This document shows, one piece after another, positions 21,490 through 35,890 of a stretch of DNA of 64,000 nt. The DNA comes from Phoronis australis. Its lineage: Eukaryota; Animalia; Phoronida. How positions within the stretch are numbered: the stretch's first letter is position 1; each line of letters starts with the position of its first letter. Under the pieces are notes generated by a model. That model was not told the DNA's origin, did no database searches, and was given only the letters and a program-made list of their open reading frames with translations. The stretch covers positions 213,898 to 277,897 of the forward strand of contig NMRA01000145.1 of assembly GCA_002633005.1 (NCBI GenBank), read 5' to 3'. Both the position numbers and the translations under genes were made by a program.

Positions 21490-24400
21490 GTTTCTGAAAA
21501 AAAAAACAAAACCAACAACTGATGAAAACAATTGTTACTTCACAAGTAAGGTATTAAAAATATTGTCTTCTAAGGCATTAGGTTAAAATGAACTCAACAT
21601 CTGGCAGCTGTATGGCTCTAACCGGAAACCCAAGAAAACAAATGGTTAGAACTTTAGAAGTACTGTAGTCTAATTACGAGGCAAATTCAACAATGGACAA
21701 GTACAAACTACAGAAAACAGACCGCAAAACTTAATTTCCAAATGNTAAGTCACGCAAAATTCTGCCACCTGGCACCTCAACAAAAAACAGGTATTGGAGT
21801 ATGGTATAGGAGTTAAGCACCTGTTTAAATTTTATGAATTTAATATTTTTCAGTGCTCATTTCTTTAGAAGTGGAGGAATACGTGTACACAAATGGTTTG
21901 TTGCATTTTTTGCGATTCGTCATCTTGTCTATAGTGATGTCTAAATGCATATTTCAGTCACAGTTTGTCATATTCTTCTTCATAATCACACGTCATCGTT
22001 CCCGGCCAGTTTGCCGGTCGACAAAGAAACTGTTCACGGGGCTAGACCGGAGACGGTTCATCGTACTATTCGTAACTTGCACTATGCTTCCAACCAACAC
22101 TATACCTAAACAGAAAAATTTGAAATGTCGTTACTACTGTACCTTTTACTTAAAACAATATCTAGGAAGCAAACTGAAACCCGAAACAGTTACTACAAGG
22201 GGGCCGCCATACTAAATACTACACTCGAGACCTCTTGTGTGAAATGTATTTACTATTGAGCAAATGCACAGTGCGCAAACTTCAGGCAAGAGCGGTTCTA
22301 TGCTGTCTCCTGAGGTCCATGTTATCAAAGGTCTAAGCTCAGTTAATGGTCGTTCGGGTGAATGTGTCACTCGTAATTACGATCAATCTTCGCTGGTGTT
22401 TTACGACCATAATCGTTACAGAAATTGGTTTGTAAGTAGCGTGAGCTCTGCACACAATGAGCCGTACCGACCCCAGTCATTGGTTAAGTTCTGCTCGCGT
22501 AATTTTACGCTCGCTTTTTTTCGCTCACTAATTTTCGCTCGTTAAATACGATCGTGAGATTGAAAATGGCCCCTAGTGCGATGACGTGACTTTTCACGCC
22601 CACGTAGTGGAGAACGCCTTAAAGATGTACCGATTCGTCTTTGGTTGCAGCCGGGCAGTTATTGCACGCTGTACGCAGCGTTGAGTTTTAATGTTCGGAC
22701 TTTATAGAGAGAGAATGCGAGCAAAGAAATGAAATTAAGACAATCTTTATAAGATTTTTCGCAAAACGAGTCTCTAATCTCACCTGAAGCGTCTATAGTG
22801 CGCCACCGGTTGAGTTGAGAAAATCAAGTGTCCCCGCCGGGGCCATGTGCCATAGCGACCCGAGGACTGATTTACCGTAGGCCTCACAGTTGGCTACCGT
22901 GGTTAATTCAACTTGAAGCCCATACGCATACTAATAACCGAATGCGCGTCGTTTTTACCGTACACTGAGTTGCAAACACATCAACATCGACCCTTGTAAC
23001 GAAAGTTTACGAACCGACATAAGCGTACGTGGATCAAGTTGGCTTCGGTTGCAACATTTTTGCCTACCCCTACTCATTAAATCGTAACGCTTTCTAAGCC
23101 AAGCTTCACGCCGGGAAGAAGTGCCATACAGAAGCAGTCGCGGATCCAGCTTGCCCAGAAAGGGTGCCGGCAAGGGACACATATAGCCCGGCGGGGTTGC
23201 TTTAGAGTCTATTCATTCAGCAACGTAAAGTGACAGAACAGAGTGTTCCCGGCAAGACATCCCGAGAACCCACGACTTTTTCATCACTGACGGTCAACTT
23301 CCCTACAAAATGGTGCATTTTTCTACAAATTCCATTTGAAATGCCATCTTTCCGGTTTAATTCCATGCCAAAGTGTTGACTGAAATGTTCCTCGAATTAC
23401 TTCCCTACTATAAAGCTCAAGAAGGTTAATATAGGCCTAGTCATATTTTTGACAAAAGACATACTCATTTTTGATAACATGTAGTGTCAGGCGCTCGGCA
23501 TATGGGTCAAAAAGCCCGTCCAAAAATTCCTCCAAAGGGCGATTAGACCTCAGAAAAACTTTACAGAACAGTGTTTCTTGACCCGCGTGACTTGGAACTA
23601 GTCAATCGACGCTTCCTGTAGGACCATCAGGTGCGCATCCAGGGTAGAGTTCAGTGGCCGGCTGCTTGAAACTGTCCCAAATAGGGACTGCACTAAGTTC
23701 CCTAAACTTTTCCATATTTGTTTCGTTCTTTAGGCACAGATGTAATATTTTTTCTATAATTTTATCTTTATTATGAGCTCTACTTTCACTAATGGTATTT
23801 TCTAATAATATCACTAATACTGAGCCCTTAAGTTAATCAAAATAATTAGGGTCTTAGTCCTTAAATTAGGGGTGTTGCATGAAAAGATCCCTACTTATTT
23901 GAGTCCAATAATATTTAGAATTCAATGCAGAGTTTACTCTCGATTTATACCAAAGCCATAAATTGGCATAGTAATGATACTCAAACAGTATAAGATAGGA
24001 CAATCAGTGTTTTCAAACGTCCACAAATACGCAGTAGATTTAGGGAACTATTTGGAACTGTTTCATGCAACCGGGCACAGTAGTTCAGTAGCTGTCTCAT
24101 GGCTAGAAAAAAATATTGCCAAAATCACGTGTTCACGTTTAAAATACACTGCAATATCTTGCATAATCTCACGAAGTCTTAGTTTTCTAGCGAAGTACTA
24201 GCATTATTGAACTCTACCCAGAGCTCTATTGCTTGCTCCGGGTGTACTTTTTTATGTGTTGATACTGCAGATGACTTTGACAGGACATGCCACATTTATT
24301 ATTTCAGGTTTCGTGGCTTTTGACTCAGAAATGATGTCTGAGCTAGTATACCTTCACTGCTCAATGTTATTTATTGAGTGTATTGAATATCCAATACATT

Positions 24401-25881
24401 GTCCAAGTGTTTCAATACTAGCGGCAACTTAATCAAGCTTGATAACTTCATTCAAAAGTTTACAGCTTCAGAACTTATAATCGTGTTAGTTCAAGTGTGA
24501 TTAAGTTTGAAAGTCCAGCAAGCCTGCTCGGTTTCGTGAAGGAATCCTTTAACCAGTGCCCACAAGAAGATGTGAATATTTATATATCCTTCGAAATTTT
24601 GTGAAAATTCATTAGAAGTATCAATATCAGTTTGGCATGACATACGATATATATAACTTATTTGTATTACAATTTTTACTAAAGAACACAATTATCTTCA
24701 TTATGACTAATATTTTCTAAATTGCATCATGTGCATCCTCCATCAAGCAGCTCAGTCAGTGTTTATGTACTTAAAACAGCCAATTCTTATCCTGTATTCT
24801 ATCATTTTATATAATTTCATATCCTATATCATCTAATTTCTTATAGCATTTCAATGTGTTTGTATAAAGATTTTGTAAGCAACAGTAAGAGCACAGATAA
24901 CGTCTGGCATCTAGGTATGCGTGAAGTCAAGTTGTTCCCACATGGAAAAATTTGTTCACTGTTCCACTTAAGATTTTTTTAGACTTTTGACATATTATAC
25001 AGCAGCTAAAGAGCTTTCATTTGGTATATAATTCGTTACTATGGCAATTTGTTTCGGGTTACTCCGCGTTTGAACCAGTCCAACATTCTGACCCTTACCA
25101 AAGATACTATATCCCTTGCCCTTACTGAGCTTGTATGCGTATACAGACATAAGCAATTTCAGGTATGTCTATGTAATTTATTTTCGGTGATCGGGCATGT
25201 AGACTAAATTTTGATTACCTCGTGACGATAAAGGAGTCAGTGAAGCACACACGTTTGAAGATCAAAAGTCAGTGAGTAGCATATAGCCGCCGAAGCACAA
25301 ATTGGTGCGTTTATTTCGTAACAGAGCACAATCACATTCCTTTACACATTAAAATACAATACAAATAGATTTACTAATTAAAATATGCTGTAAATAAATA
25401 CTGAAAGCCTGAGTTGAATATAAGAGACTGACACGACATTGAGTTTCAGTTCTATGAAAAAAAAACAGTTACACGCGCACAGCACAGGTTTTAAAAGCGT
25501 GGTTATCGTTTCGTTGACATTTAAACCTGTCAAAAACTTCAGCACTCAAAATTCTCTAGCACAAACAACCATAGATAAAAATAAACAATACAGTTAGTAA
25601 AACAATATCTTCGGTTAAAGCCCGAAATGTTAACAGTCCTCCGGAACCACCACTAACTGAAGACCGCAAGTGTTCGATCGAGATTGTGCACGATCCTTGC
25701 CGGTCCCGTCTAATGGTCTGATAGTTGTTGACGGACGAGAAACTATATCCCGACCAAGATACCACAGGCCTATGGAAAAAATGTAACTGTAGCCCAACTT
25801 ACGCTAATTTTTTCACTACCTTTTATGTGTGAAATGTGTCAGACCTCCAATTACATGTCTTTGACATTCAAAGACTATAAT

Positions 25882-28800
25882 TCACATCTTGGAATTCTCA
25901 ACAATAGTTTCCGGTTCCGAAATGTTCTTTATGGGAGTTGTTGAGCCCACTCTGTTTCCCCGCATCGTCTGCCTAAGTAATATATTCGTGATACAAATTC
26001 CAAGCATGAATACACCGACCAGCAGTATCATGCATGCTATCAGCGGAACCTGGACGTCGAGAACTTGGATTAAAGCAGACGACAATACAAAAAGGAAGTA
26101 AATGAAAAAACTGAGTCCAAGAAAAAGTGTTTTTCCAATGGGTCCATACGTAGGTTTTTCGTTTGGTTGAAGCTTCTTTTCAATTTTAAGAAATACCCAC
26201 GTTAATCCCCACCCCCAAAAGAAATAGAGATAGTACACTCCGGGTATTCGTATAAGCTCAGAAAGACGCGTGAAATATTGTCCATTGGCGTCTGGTATCC
26301 AGCTATAACACCATATAGCTATGGCAAGATAGACCGCCAACGGCACCAGGCGGAAAATGAAGTGAATCTTTCTCCAGAAAGGCAGCGAAAAAATCTGGAA
26401 AATAATAATAAATATGAGGTTTCTAACAATAAAAGTATTATTGCAGGAGAGAAAACATGGGTCGTGTTTTCTCAACATTACTGCTGATTAAAATGCATCT
26501 GTTCTATAAGGCAAAGATCCATTATCATGACCAGGAAAAGGATGAAATTAAAAACAAAATAGATAAAGTAAATTGACAATTGTCTTTTTAGTTGTAAAAA
26601 CGAAGTATTTACAAAGCTAACAAGAATAAAAGTACATTACCCACCGACTGTTGGATCTGACAACAAAGCATGAAGTGAATATTACATTTTGCTATTGTAT
26701 CAATACAAAGGTGGCCTCGTAGGGGACCCGGACCCCCTGGGAGCTACCTGGGGCTCGCTCATACTTTGGTTAGACTGAGTTGTGTTGAATGTGATTTAGT
26801 GGCAGAATACCAAATAAATTTAACAGGGATGATGTCAATTGTCAACTGAGACCGAGATTACTTTGAAAAATGCAAGGATTATTAACAGGAATCTTTCAAA
26901 ACATGCCATTACCCAAGCCATACCTGTGTAATGACAAACACGCCGGCGAATCCAAATGCAAACATGGGCCAAAGAAGCGTTCCATTCAACTCCGGTCCAC
27001 CTGTTTGGTAAGCCACCAGCCCTCCATGAAACGCCACCCACACCTCGAGTAACAACTTCCAATATTTGTTCAGGTGAAATTCCGTATATATTAGACTACC
27101 TGGAGAAATGAAATGAGCAAATTCGTCAGAATTCTGAATACGTACCATTCGAAAAATAATAAATGGCTCTCGAACTTTGAATATGTGTAGTAGAGTGATA
27201 CTTAGAGAAATACTCGCAACGCACTACTTTTCTGTCAGGTAGGATTAGGCTAAGTGTAAATATTACTTTCCAGTCTGCCATTACACTCGTTTTGGAATGC
27301 AAAATTCATCGGAGTTAAAGCAGAACACATTTCTTATAGCAACTCGGAAACGTTGACAACACGGCTGAGAAAAACTAAAACTTTCTGTAACAAAAATATC
27401 ATTTAGAAAAAATATCTAAACAAATATCACATCCCTCACTCGATTCCGCCTAAGTTAAGGATGTAGTTCTCAAGAAAAATTCCAAATCGGGTAACTTCGG
27501 AACGTCATATCTCAGAAATTGCTAGTGTATTCATATGAAACTTCCTCATTCCATGCTTCATGTACAGTTCTACAAAACACTAAAAGGGATTGTTTTTAAA
27601 AATGTTCCACATTTGCATGAGGGAATATGGAAATAGAGGTTTTATATTCTTTATAAAAAAATCAAGTTCCATAAAACGAAAATGAAATGCTTTAGAAAAC
27701 GTTAACAGCGGTTGAACATTGATATCAAATGAATATGCCTATGTTTTAATACCCTAATTATTTGTTGTGGATACACATTACATGCTTGCTAAATTTTACT
27801 ACAATAAAATACAGGTGACCAATTAAAGTCAGATTAGTAAAAAGCCAAAAATTAAATTCTAATTTCAGAAAAAAATTACTTTTACTGAGTTAAAATCTGT
27901 AGAGATGTAGTTACTTGGCCAAATATACCGACTTATCTATAAAGTCCTAACTACGGTACAAATTTAGCTTCGCTGCCACCCGCTAGGAGTAGTCACGTGA
28001 AGAAAGTGTGCGTATAGCAGAAAAGAATATTGGTTTTTACCTTGCAACAAAAACATCCAAGTGTTAGCAAATCCCATCGCGTGACCCAATGTGTTCTCCA
28101 TGGGGTGGTACCAAAAGGTGTAAATGGCTGCCCAGGAAAACGCGTAACCGTGGTATCTGGAATTAAAAAATGGCATTCAGGGCACACCAATAAACATAGT
28201 CATCAACTATTTGTAAACTTCAATCACGCAAGCATTTCCATCTCACAAAGTATCAAAACCAGCCTCGACTCACTTGCGTATGAGGTTTATAGGTGCGAAG
28301 TCCATTCTTAATTTTTGGCTCCACTTGTCTTTATTATGCACTGTCGGCCATCCGAAAAAGAGCCCCCTCTCGCGGTATTCCATAATAACAACAAACACCA
28401 ACAACATAATGACGGAGCCTGAAAAAACAAAACGTCGTGTTACAACGTGAAACTCAAAATTCACAAGGTGGCACAAGTGAAGGAATGGTCCAGTCAGTAG
28501 AAATGTATGCATACACGTCATATGGAACTCTAATCCCACGAACACCCTATCCCGTGAACTGCATTTGCCGTCTCAATAAGTTCAGAGAGCGGTGCTGGTG
28601 AGCTATCATGATCTCAAGAGGTTTGTATATTATGTATAGGACAACTCGTACTTACTTTGAGAGCTGGCAATGCTGACGTCTTGTGCGGTTGCGTCATATG
28701 TCACGTGAGTTTGCAGGAGATGTAAGAGGTGGAAGAAAACGTTGAGAGCAAACAAGATCCAGTTGAACGGTTTAAACATTGTCGAATACTTGGGGACATT

Positions 28801-31800
28801 GGCGGGTTCCGAGGCCTGAGAAGAAAATGAAACAGTTTCGAACAGTCTAAATCATTGATTTTAGAAGTTACGACTATATATTAACTATCGCTTCTTCTCC
28901 TACAGTGTTTCCATCCACGTTGGTGGTACAAAGGGATGTGCCTTAAACTGCGTTACTCTTGACACAAAACATACAAAATCTTTTACTCATAAGACAACTT
29001 CATTCAGAATCTTATTTTCAAGAAATTTCTACGGTAGGGTAATAGCTAACTAATTGGCGGCAACAAAAAGAATAGATTTAGATTAATTTCAGAAATTTAA
29101 GTGACAACATTAGGGTAGCTTGTCTTTCTCGTTAATGTTTTTTTCCTTATGAATACAGTTTTTAACTGAGAAGATATTTTGTCAGATCACTTTTGGCACG
29201 TATCTATAATATGGTCGAAACGGACATTCTTTTAGCTCTGTCTATACACTGGGATTAATTGTAAACGAGTCTGTATCAACTTTGTATGTGCAGACAACGA
29301 TCCAAAAGTCGTATACGACTTCTCCCGAGTCGATCGAGATTTTAATCGACAAGTCTAAACACCTTTTTAACAGGAAAAATTAAGTCGGGACCCCAGTCAA
29401 TCAACCCCGATTAATAATATGAGACAGACAGCGTACAAAATCGTTTACAAAAATCTGGATATGTTAAAAGGGGTTTGAAAATAGCTTTAATGTAACCCGT
29501 GCAAATAGACTAAGCTTTTTCAATCCGTGCAGTTCACCTAAAATTTGTTTTTTAAACACACAACTTTGAAATCTTACAATTTTCAATACTCTCATAAAAG
29601 GCGTTTCATGGAAAAGCGAAGACTGTCTACTAGCTCCAAACCATATTTACTTTGCTTAAGTGCCGCCGTGCCCTATAACCCATACTGTTGGAAATGCTTT
29701 CAACTGTCAATAAAAAACATTTTTCCCCTATGGAAGACCGGCGATGAATCGAAATTTCACATCAGACAACAGTCAAAGACGGGGTAAATGTGTCATACTG
29801 GCAGCCGAGATGACGTCATTTGACAAATAGCCTGCTTTACGAAAGAGCGCGCGAGCGGGAACAAACATAAATTTACGCCTAAACGTCACATTGAAAATTA
29901 TTATTCATTTATACAAGGTACATTGGCACAAGGAAAATTAATATCACGACAATTTCATTCTGATTTCTGGGAGCAGTCTAATATCTTACTGAAATCAATG
30001 CTAAATTAGCGAGTTTATTTTTGCTGCAAGCGTTTCGCGTGAGCGACAGAGTTATAAGACCGCGTATTCTATGCGTGATATGTGACCCAGTTATTACAAA
30101 CTATCCTTGTGGTAAGGTATTGACCGGAGACATACAATAAGTTTTTGAAATGTATACCGACGTGGACTACTTGTACACATACGTAGGCGCAGCCAACCAC
30201 CTTTTGGCATTTGAACCTAGCGCCTACGCACCCTAAGTTAAATTCAGTGCTCAAGGTGACCCGATGAGCTTTGGACGCCTACTTACCTCTAATTTTACCA
30301 CTGCAGCACTGTCTAACAGTAATCATGTATTACACGTATCGGAACAGTCGAAGTCTTAATACTATTTCAGCTGTCTAAGATTTTTCAGGACTTTGAGGTA
30401 ATTGCCGCCTTAAGCCCAACCAACGCTAACTCCTCAATAATTCATTTCCTACACACAATGAGTTTCTCGCAAGAATCTCATAAGAACTTACCTTAACAAT
30501 CTGGGCGTAATAGATGAACATCCACACGGAGATCTGATGCAGAATGTAGCTGGCCCATACAAACAGTCGAGTCATCGCTGTCACGCGATTGGGAGGTAAC
30601 TTCCAGTAGTACCACCGACCCGTGCAATCGATCCCGTACCTGTGTACAGTGAATGAATAAGTAAATCAAGTGTTGGGAATTATAAATAGTCTTTTTTATA
30701 ATATTAAAATACTCATATTACGACAACAATCGTGGAAACGCAACTATCTTCACCAATTTTTAGTGTTCCAGCCAACACGGGTTGATTGTAGAACCATTTT
30801 AGTGCAAAGGACAAGATTTGGCTAGATTGTTTCTGAAACTAGATTAATTTTTAACGCGGACCGGGGAAGTTGATGCGTGTGTTTGACGTTTTTAGAACAC
30901 CACTGAATATAAACAAAGTTTTTTAAACCAGAATGACACTGCGGTGATATTTCAGTTTCGCCATGACCATCCATAATTTTCGGAGACTGCTTTTTCAATC
31001 GCTCTAGCCTTGCAACTAAAATGAGATTGCTGCGGATTCTGAAAGACTAACGTTACCTGCCGGGGACCCCAGGCTCCTCAGTAAAAGGTTCTGGCCAGAA
31101 GCGCTCTTGTGACGACACGCTGGTGTTGTGAGTAAAGCCAGATTGCGCGTCCCATCCACGAGCCATCCCTTAGGAAAGAGAGCAAATACTTAAATTACCA
31201 GCATGTTCCCTTCATAATAACGAGCCATAAGAGGTCAATAAGAATGTCCGTTTTATTAATAAATGTGCGTGTTCTCTACATTTTATACACATTCAAAGAA
31301 TCGATTCGCATATTTGTTATACTCTTGGTTTTATTTAAGCATAACATTAAAAATAATCGTATAAACGTGCAGGAAAGGCAAACTAATAAGCATTTCCATT
31401 GTGACCACAGGTGTTCCTGGAAATGCAGAAGTAATGCACAAGCAAGCTGAACGCTGTAATTGCTATGACAGCGCTCTGTTGAAGAAATGTCATCCACCCA
31501 GGTGATATGAAGTTTCAACTCATATTGGCTTAATGACACCTGGAGTGTAAATCCAAAGCATATTCTTGGGGGAGAGTTCCCAAGTTTTACCCATCACACG
31601 GGAACACCTCACCAAAGCTGATTTGGAATTGGTGGTCATGTCCACCACATAAGGAGTACAAGAAACGTGATGGCGGAGAGCCAAACCTAGGCAGGTCACA
31701 TTTTCTGCAATGGGGGTTCAGTAACTATAGAGCTTCAATGGTATTAGGCCTATACGTCATTTCGGCTTCCACGTGAACATCACCACTTTTGTTTTACTGT

Positions 31801-32939
31801 TACTATTCCCCAAGCTTACATCTTAGTCGTCTTACAATGTTTTTAAAGGTGTTTTCTGGACAATGCTGCGCCACGTGAAAGCATCTGCACTAGATACAAA
31901 GAAGACAGTGTCATCAGCGTAAGCCTGAACAACCACGCCTTAGCTAATGTAGACCATTAACTGCAAAAGGCGGTCCATAACCACATTGGAGAGAGTAGAT
32001 GACGCAATGCCACCTTGTGGGATCCCTGTAGTGAGACCAGTAGTGATACTGGTCAATGTCACAGATTTGGCGCCTTACAAATCTCTTATGATCACGGAAT
32101 ACCATCGGGGCATATATGATTCAAAAAGGGAGGTCAAGTTGATCACGTTGAATAAACTATAGAAAAACCCAGCGGTCACGTCGCCGAGAACCTGGAAACC
32201 GGAGGTAGAATTGAGTTCCGTAGACGAAAGAATCTCTCGACAGAAGCTCATGTGTTCACGTGCTTCGCTTGTAATACTGGGGGATGTCTCGGGAGGTCTT
32301 GCGTGGTCTTGAGGTTTTGCGAGGTTCTTGAGTCTATGGAACGAACATTTACTCACCTAACGCAAACATAACGCCAATCAGTGCTCCAGCAAAGAGTATA
32401 CCAATCGCCCACATGATGACGTCATGGCGTTGACTCCATTTTCTCGAACTGACCTGAAATACGCACGAATTTAAATAATCCTCACTCCGACCCAGTGCTG
32501 TAGTGCGGCGTAGGCGCACGTAGGCGCAGCCAACCACCTTTTGGCATTTGAACGTAGCACCTACGCCCGTAAGTTACGTTCAGTACTCAAGGTGATACGG
32601 TGGGCTTTGGGCGCCTACTTACCTCTAATTTTTCCACTACAGCACTGTTGACGGTGTTTTTACGGCGCAGATTAATCCGCTTATGGAGGGTTTAAACGAT
32701 GAACGTAAGAATTTTTTCGGACGTGAAAAAAATATCATTTTCATAGACGTAATAATGGCTGGTGACCCTAATTTTCCCTTTTTTCACTGTATTAGTTTGA
32801 TGTAGAATATTAACATCCACTTGATTTGTTTGACATACTTAAACGGTTCTTGTATTCATAGATTTGCATAACATTATGCCATAATGTTTACCTCTGGCTT
32901 GGACGAAGCCAGCGACTGTTGACTACCGCTTTCGTTCAT
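25882..32939 (-). CDS. Uncharacterised histidine-rich polytopic membrane protein, 504 aa
   Basis: Nine exons, all GT-AG and in phase: 32892-32939, 32357-32453, 31057-31168, 30492-30639, 28656-28815, 28274-28418, 28041-28156, 26924-27099, 25882-26394 (1515 nt). Motifs WYYWKLP, WASYILHQ, FFHLLHLLQTHVTYDATAQDVSIASSQSSVI, RGLFFG, RKYHGYAFSWAAIYTFWYHPME, LQGSLIYTEFHLNKYW, WPMFAFGFAGVFVITQ; many hydrophobic helices. The start codon is the least certain part because exon 1 is open to an acceptor at 32963-32964. Confidence 0.88.
31860..32035 (-). mobile_element. Decayed non-LTR retrotransposon reverse-transcriptase fragment
   Basis: Minus-strand translation GIPQGGIASSTLSNVVMDRLLQL...*GVVVQAYADDTVF: PQG and YADD RT motifs with an in-frame stop. 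Confidence 0.75.
32493..32647. mobile_element. 155-bp MITE (TIR CAGTGCTGTAGTG); 5'-truncated second copy at ~30180-30311
   Basis: cagtgctgtagtg ... cactacagcactg termini; internal sequence shared with 30180-30311; both copies are in introns of the membrane-protein gene. Confidence 0.7.
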
Positions 32940-35890
32940 CCCCTGACCGAGCCTGTTGGCATCTGCAAATATAATAAAAGTTTTATGATTCAAGGCAGGC
33001 TCTATAAGCAGGCGTTTATGACTAACATCGTGTCGGGGGGGAGGGGTTCCCGACCATATTTTTGATAGGTGGGCCGCAGGGAAATAAGGATTAAAACGAC
33101 TTAGAATGTCGCCACCACAAACAATATTCTTTGAGATAATTAACTGTGAAATGAATTAACCCATTTGTAACTAAGGCGCTACTGCGGGAACGTTACTCTT
33201 CAGTTTTCATTCATAAATAACATACAAAAATCATATTGCAGTGTTTTAATCCCAACAAAAAACCCTGCGATTGAATTGAAATTTAATGAAACATCCTCTT
33301 AATTAGACACCGGCATTACTTTGAAACCAAAAAACGTATCTCGGTACTGTTGTAAATACCGACTCTAATTTTGGAGAGAAGGCCTACACAACTAAAAGTG
33401 AACCCCTTCACAAGAAATTTAATGGAAAAGGCAATATATCGTGGAGTATTTGAACGTGGAAGTGAAAGCCCCACCTATCTGAGCGGCACATTACGCGACG
33501 ACGCATATCCCAACCAGTGTTATAACCAAACCTTCGTAAGCGGTCAATATAACGCTATTGTACACAACGGCAACCATAGAATATCAGATTCTATAGTGTA
33601 TCTTGGTACAGCTGCACTGTAGAGGTTGGCCCAGAGGCTAGTCTGTGCAAGCACAGTATGCATACACAAAGACCGTGTAATGTTATCACTGTGCTCTTCA
33701 AGCGAGCAGGCCAAAGATATTTGGCCAAGACTGGACCAACCATAGACTTGTAATAGGCCTATATAAACTATCAAAACTATGGTAAAATTAAACGATGACT
33801 TCGTTGGAGATAGCTAGCTAGGCAGTACACGTTGTGGTTTCGGAGACAGTCCGCATTTGAGTTGGTCAAATAAGAGAGCTCAATTTGACATGTTTCTTGT
33901 GATATCGCCAACTGGTTGACACGAAAAAACAACTACCCAAAAAATAAAAGGATATGCACGTACAACACACATAGGTCAAGTCAGTCAGTGCATAGACTAT
34001 AGAGTATCTATGGTCAGTGCGTGTGATGACTTCAGGTTTTACGGTTCAGAGTTCGACAGCAACGGCAGCTACATTAGTCGAAGTATACTTTTTTCCAACT
34101 CACCAAATAACTTCGTTCACACGTAAGTCCAACGTCTTACTTCGGCAGTAATCACACAAGTCCCTGATTAGACTAATCGGTCTAAGCTATTACAGTAATA
34201 ATGCTCATAAGGAGGTCAGCGAGGGGGCAAACTTATATAACTAATCCAAGCGCGAACGAATCGAACCTAACACTCAGACCACCTATTCACTACCCTCGGA
34301 GACAGTATTCTTTGCGCAGACAACGCGCTTGATTTGAGCCTCCAGCGACCAACGTACTTTTTGACACCAAAAATACAAGTATTTTTGAATAAAATATAGT
34401 TTTTGTTCCTTACATACCACAGAAAGTAATTAATTGCGACGTAATTACAACGCTCATTATTCGTAGCCCCTTCGAGCGCCCCAGAGATATTCTCAACCAA
34501 TCAGCGTAAAGTATGTATTGTCATCGTGCCAACCTGGAGCCTCACTGCACAACAACTGAGTTTCTTGGACGCAAGCTACTTATCCGATGTAAGCGCGGCC
34601 CACTCGCTCAATAACTTTTTACACTCCCGACATTTGATGAGCTGACGAGTGACTTACTTTGGTTCGAACTATTTGCTTAGGAAATCAACTGACCAGGTTC
34701 ACATGGCAGTTTGTAAAGCAAGTTACAACGTTATAAACAGAAAGGTCAAAAGTCGATCGCGTAATCTATGGAATAACCGGCTTTGGCAAGCCTACCTTTT
34801 AAACCTGCCACGCAAATTTGTTAAAATTTCCATGTTTCAGTTTTTATCGGAAGCTGTTAAGCCGATAGGAGCTGACTTAAAAACAGGAAACGAGCAATAC
34901 TGTTGAAATGCTTCGCACGCTTTTGACGGAAGCTTTTATTTCTTGTTAGTAGCTAAGACTGCTCATAATGGGAGATACAAGAAACTATATTTTACGTCGG
35001 CTTATACATAAACAGGAAATATTAGATCTAACAGGCTACATAAGAAGACATATAATGAAGCTAGCTGGATGAACAAATGAGACTAGATCTAGAGTTTATA
35101 TATTGGTAAACAAAAATAATGTGTTTAGAACCTAGAACTGAAAACCTATGGCTTAGAAGTAAAAAGGTGAAGTAGTTTAGAAATAGATTCAATCTATGTG
35201 ACTAGAAGGACAGAAAATCCCTAATAAATGGAGCAGTGAGGATAATCTACTAAGCATTCATGTACATTGCCCTCCAGTCCGGGTCCTCACCAATCTCTGA
35301 GAAACATTGAAAGATGCAGCGACTCTGATGGGACGACTGTTCCATGGGAAGACCGTGTCAGGCCGCAACAAAACGAAATAACGCGGTTCTATATTTTTCT
35401 GACTCTAGATACATAAAACGTAATCACGAAAGGAATATTTATCTCCCCTCTGTTGGATCAGACCAATGAGTTATTTAGCCAGGGGATTTGATTTGGATTC
35501 AAGGGCCATAGTCAAGTTAGAAGCGTTGTAATAGTGGTGACGTTAAATTTCAGTGTTCTATTTAACACGTGTAACAGCAAATCATATGTGTTCACATAAT
35601 CGTTTTAGACAAATAGCCAAACAGCCCTTCTTAGAAGGCACGTAGTAGAATTTTCCAAGTTAGATGGAGTTTACATTCGCACAGAAGTTTATCTACCAGG
35701 GTACATTTGACCACGACTGCGTTCCGTAAACGCAACACCACTTCGCGAGATATCGCCATTCGTTGTTACCTAAGCATGTGACCACAATCAGGTTTCTAGC
35801 GAGTCTTCTATACTAGTAAGGAACGCATTGCACCTAGAGAGGACTTTTGAACCGAGTATGTAACGAGATAAGAACAATTTTACTATGATA

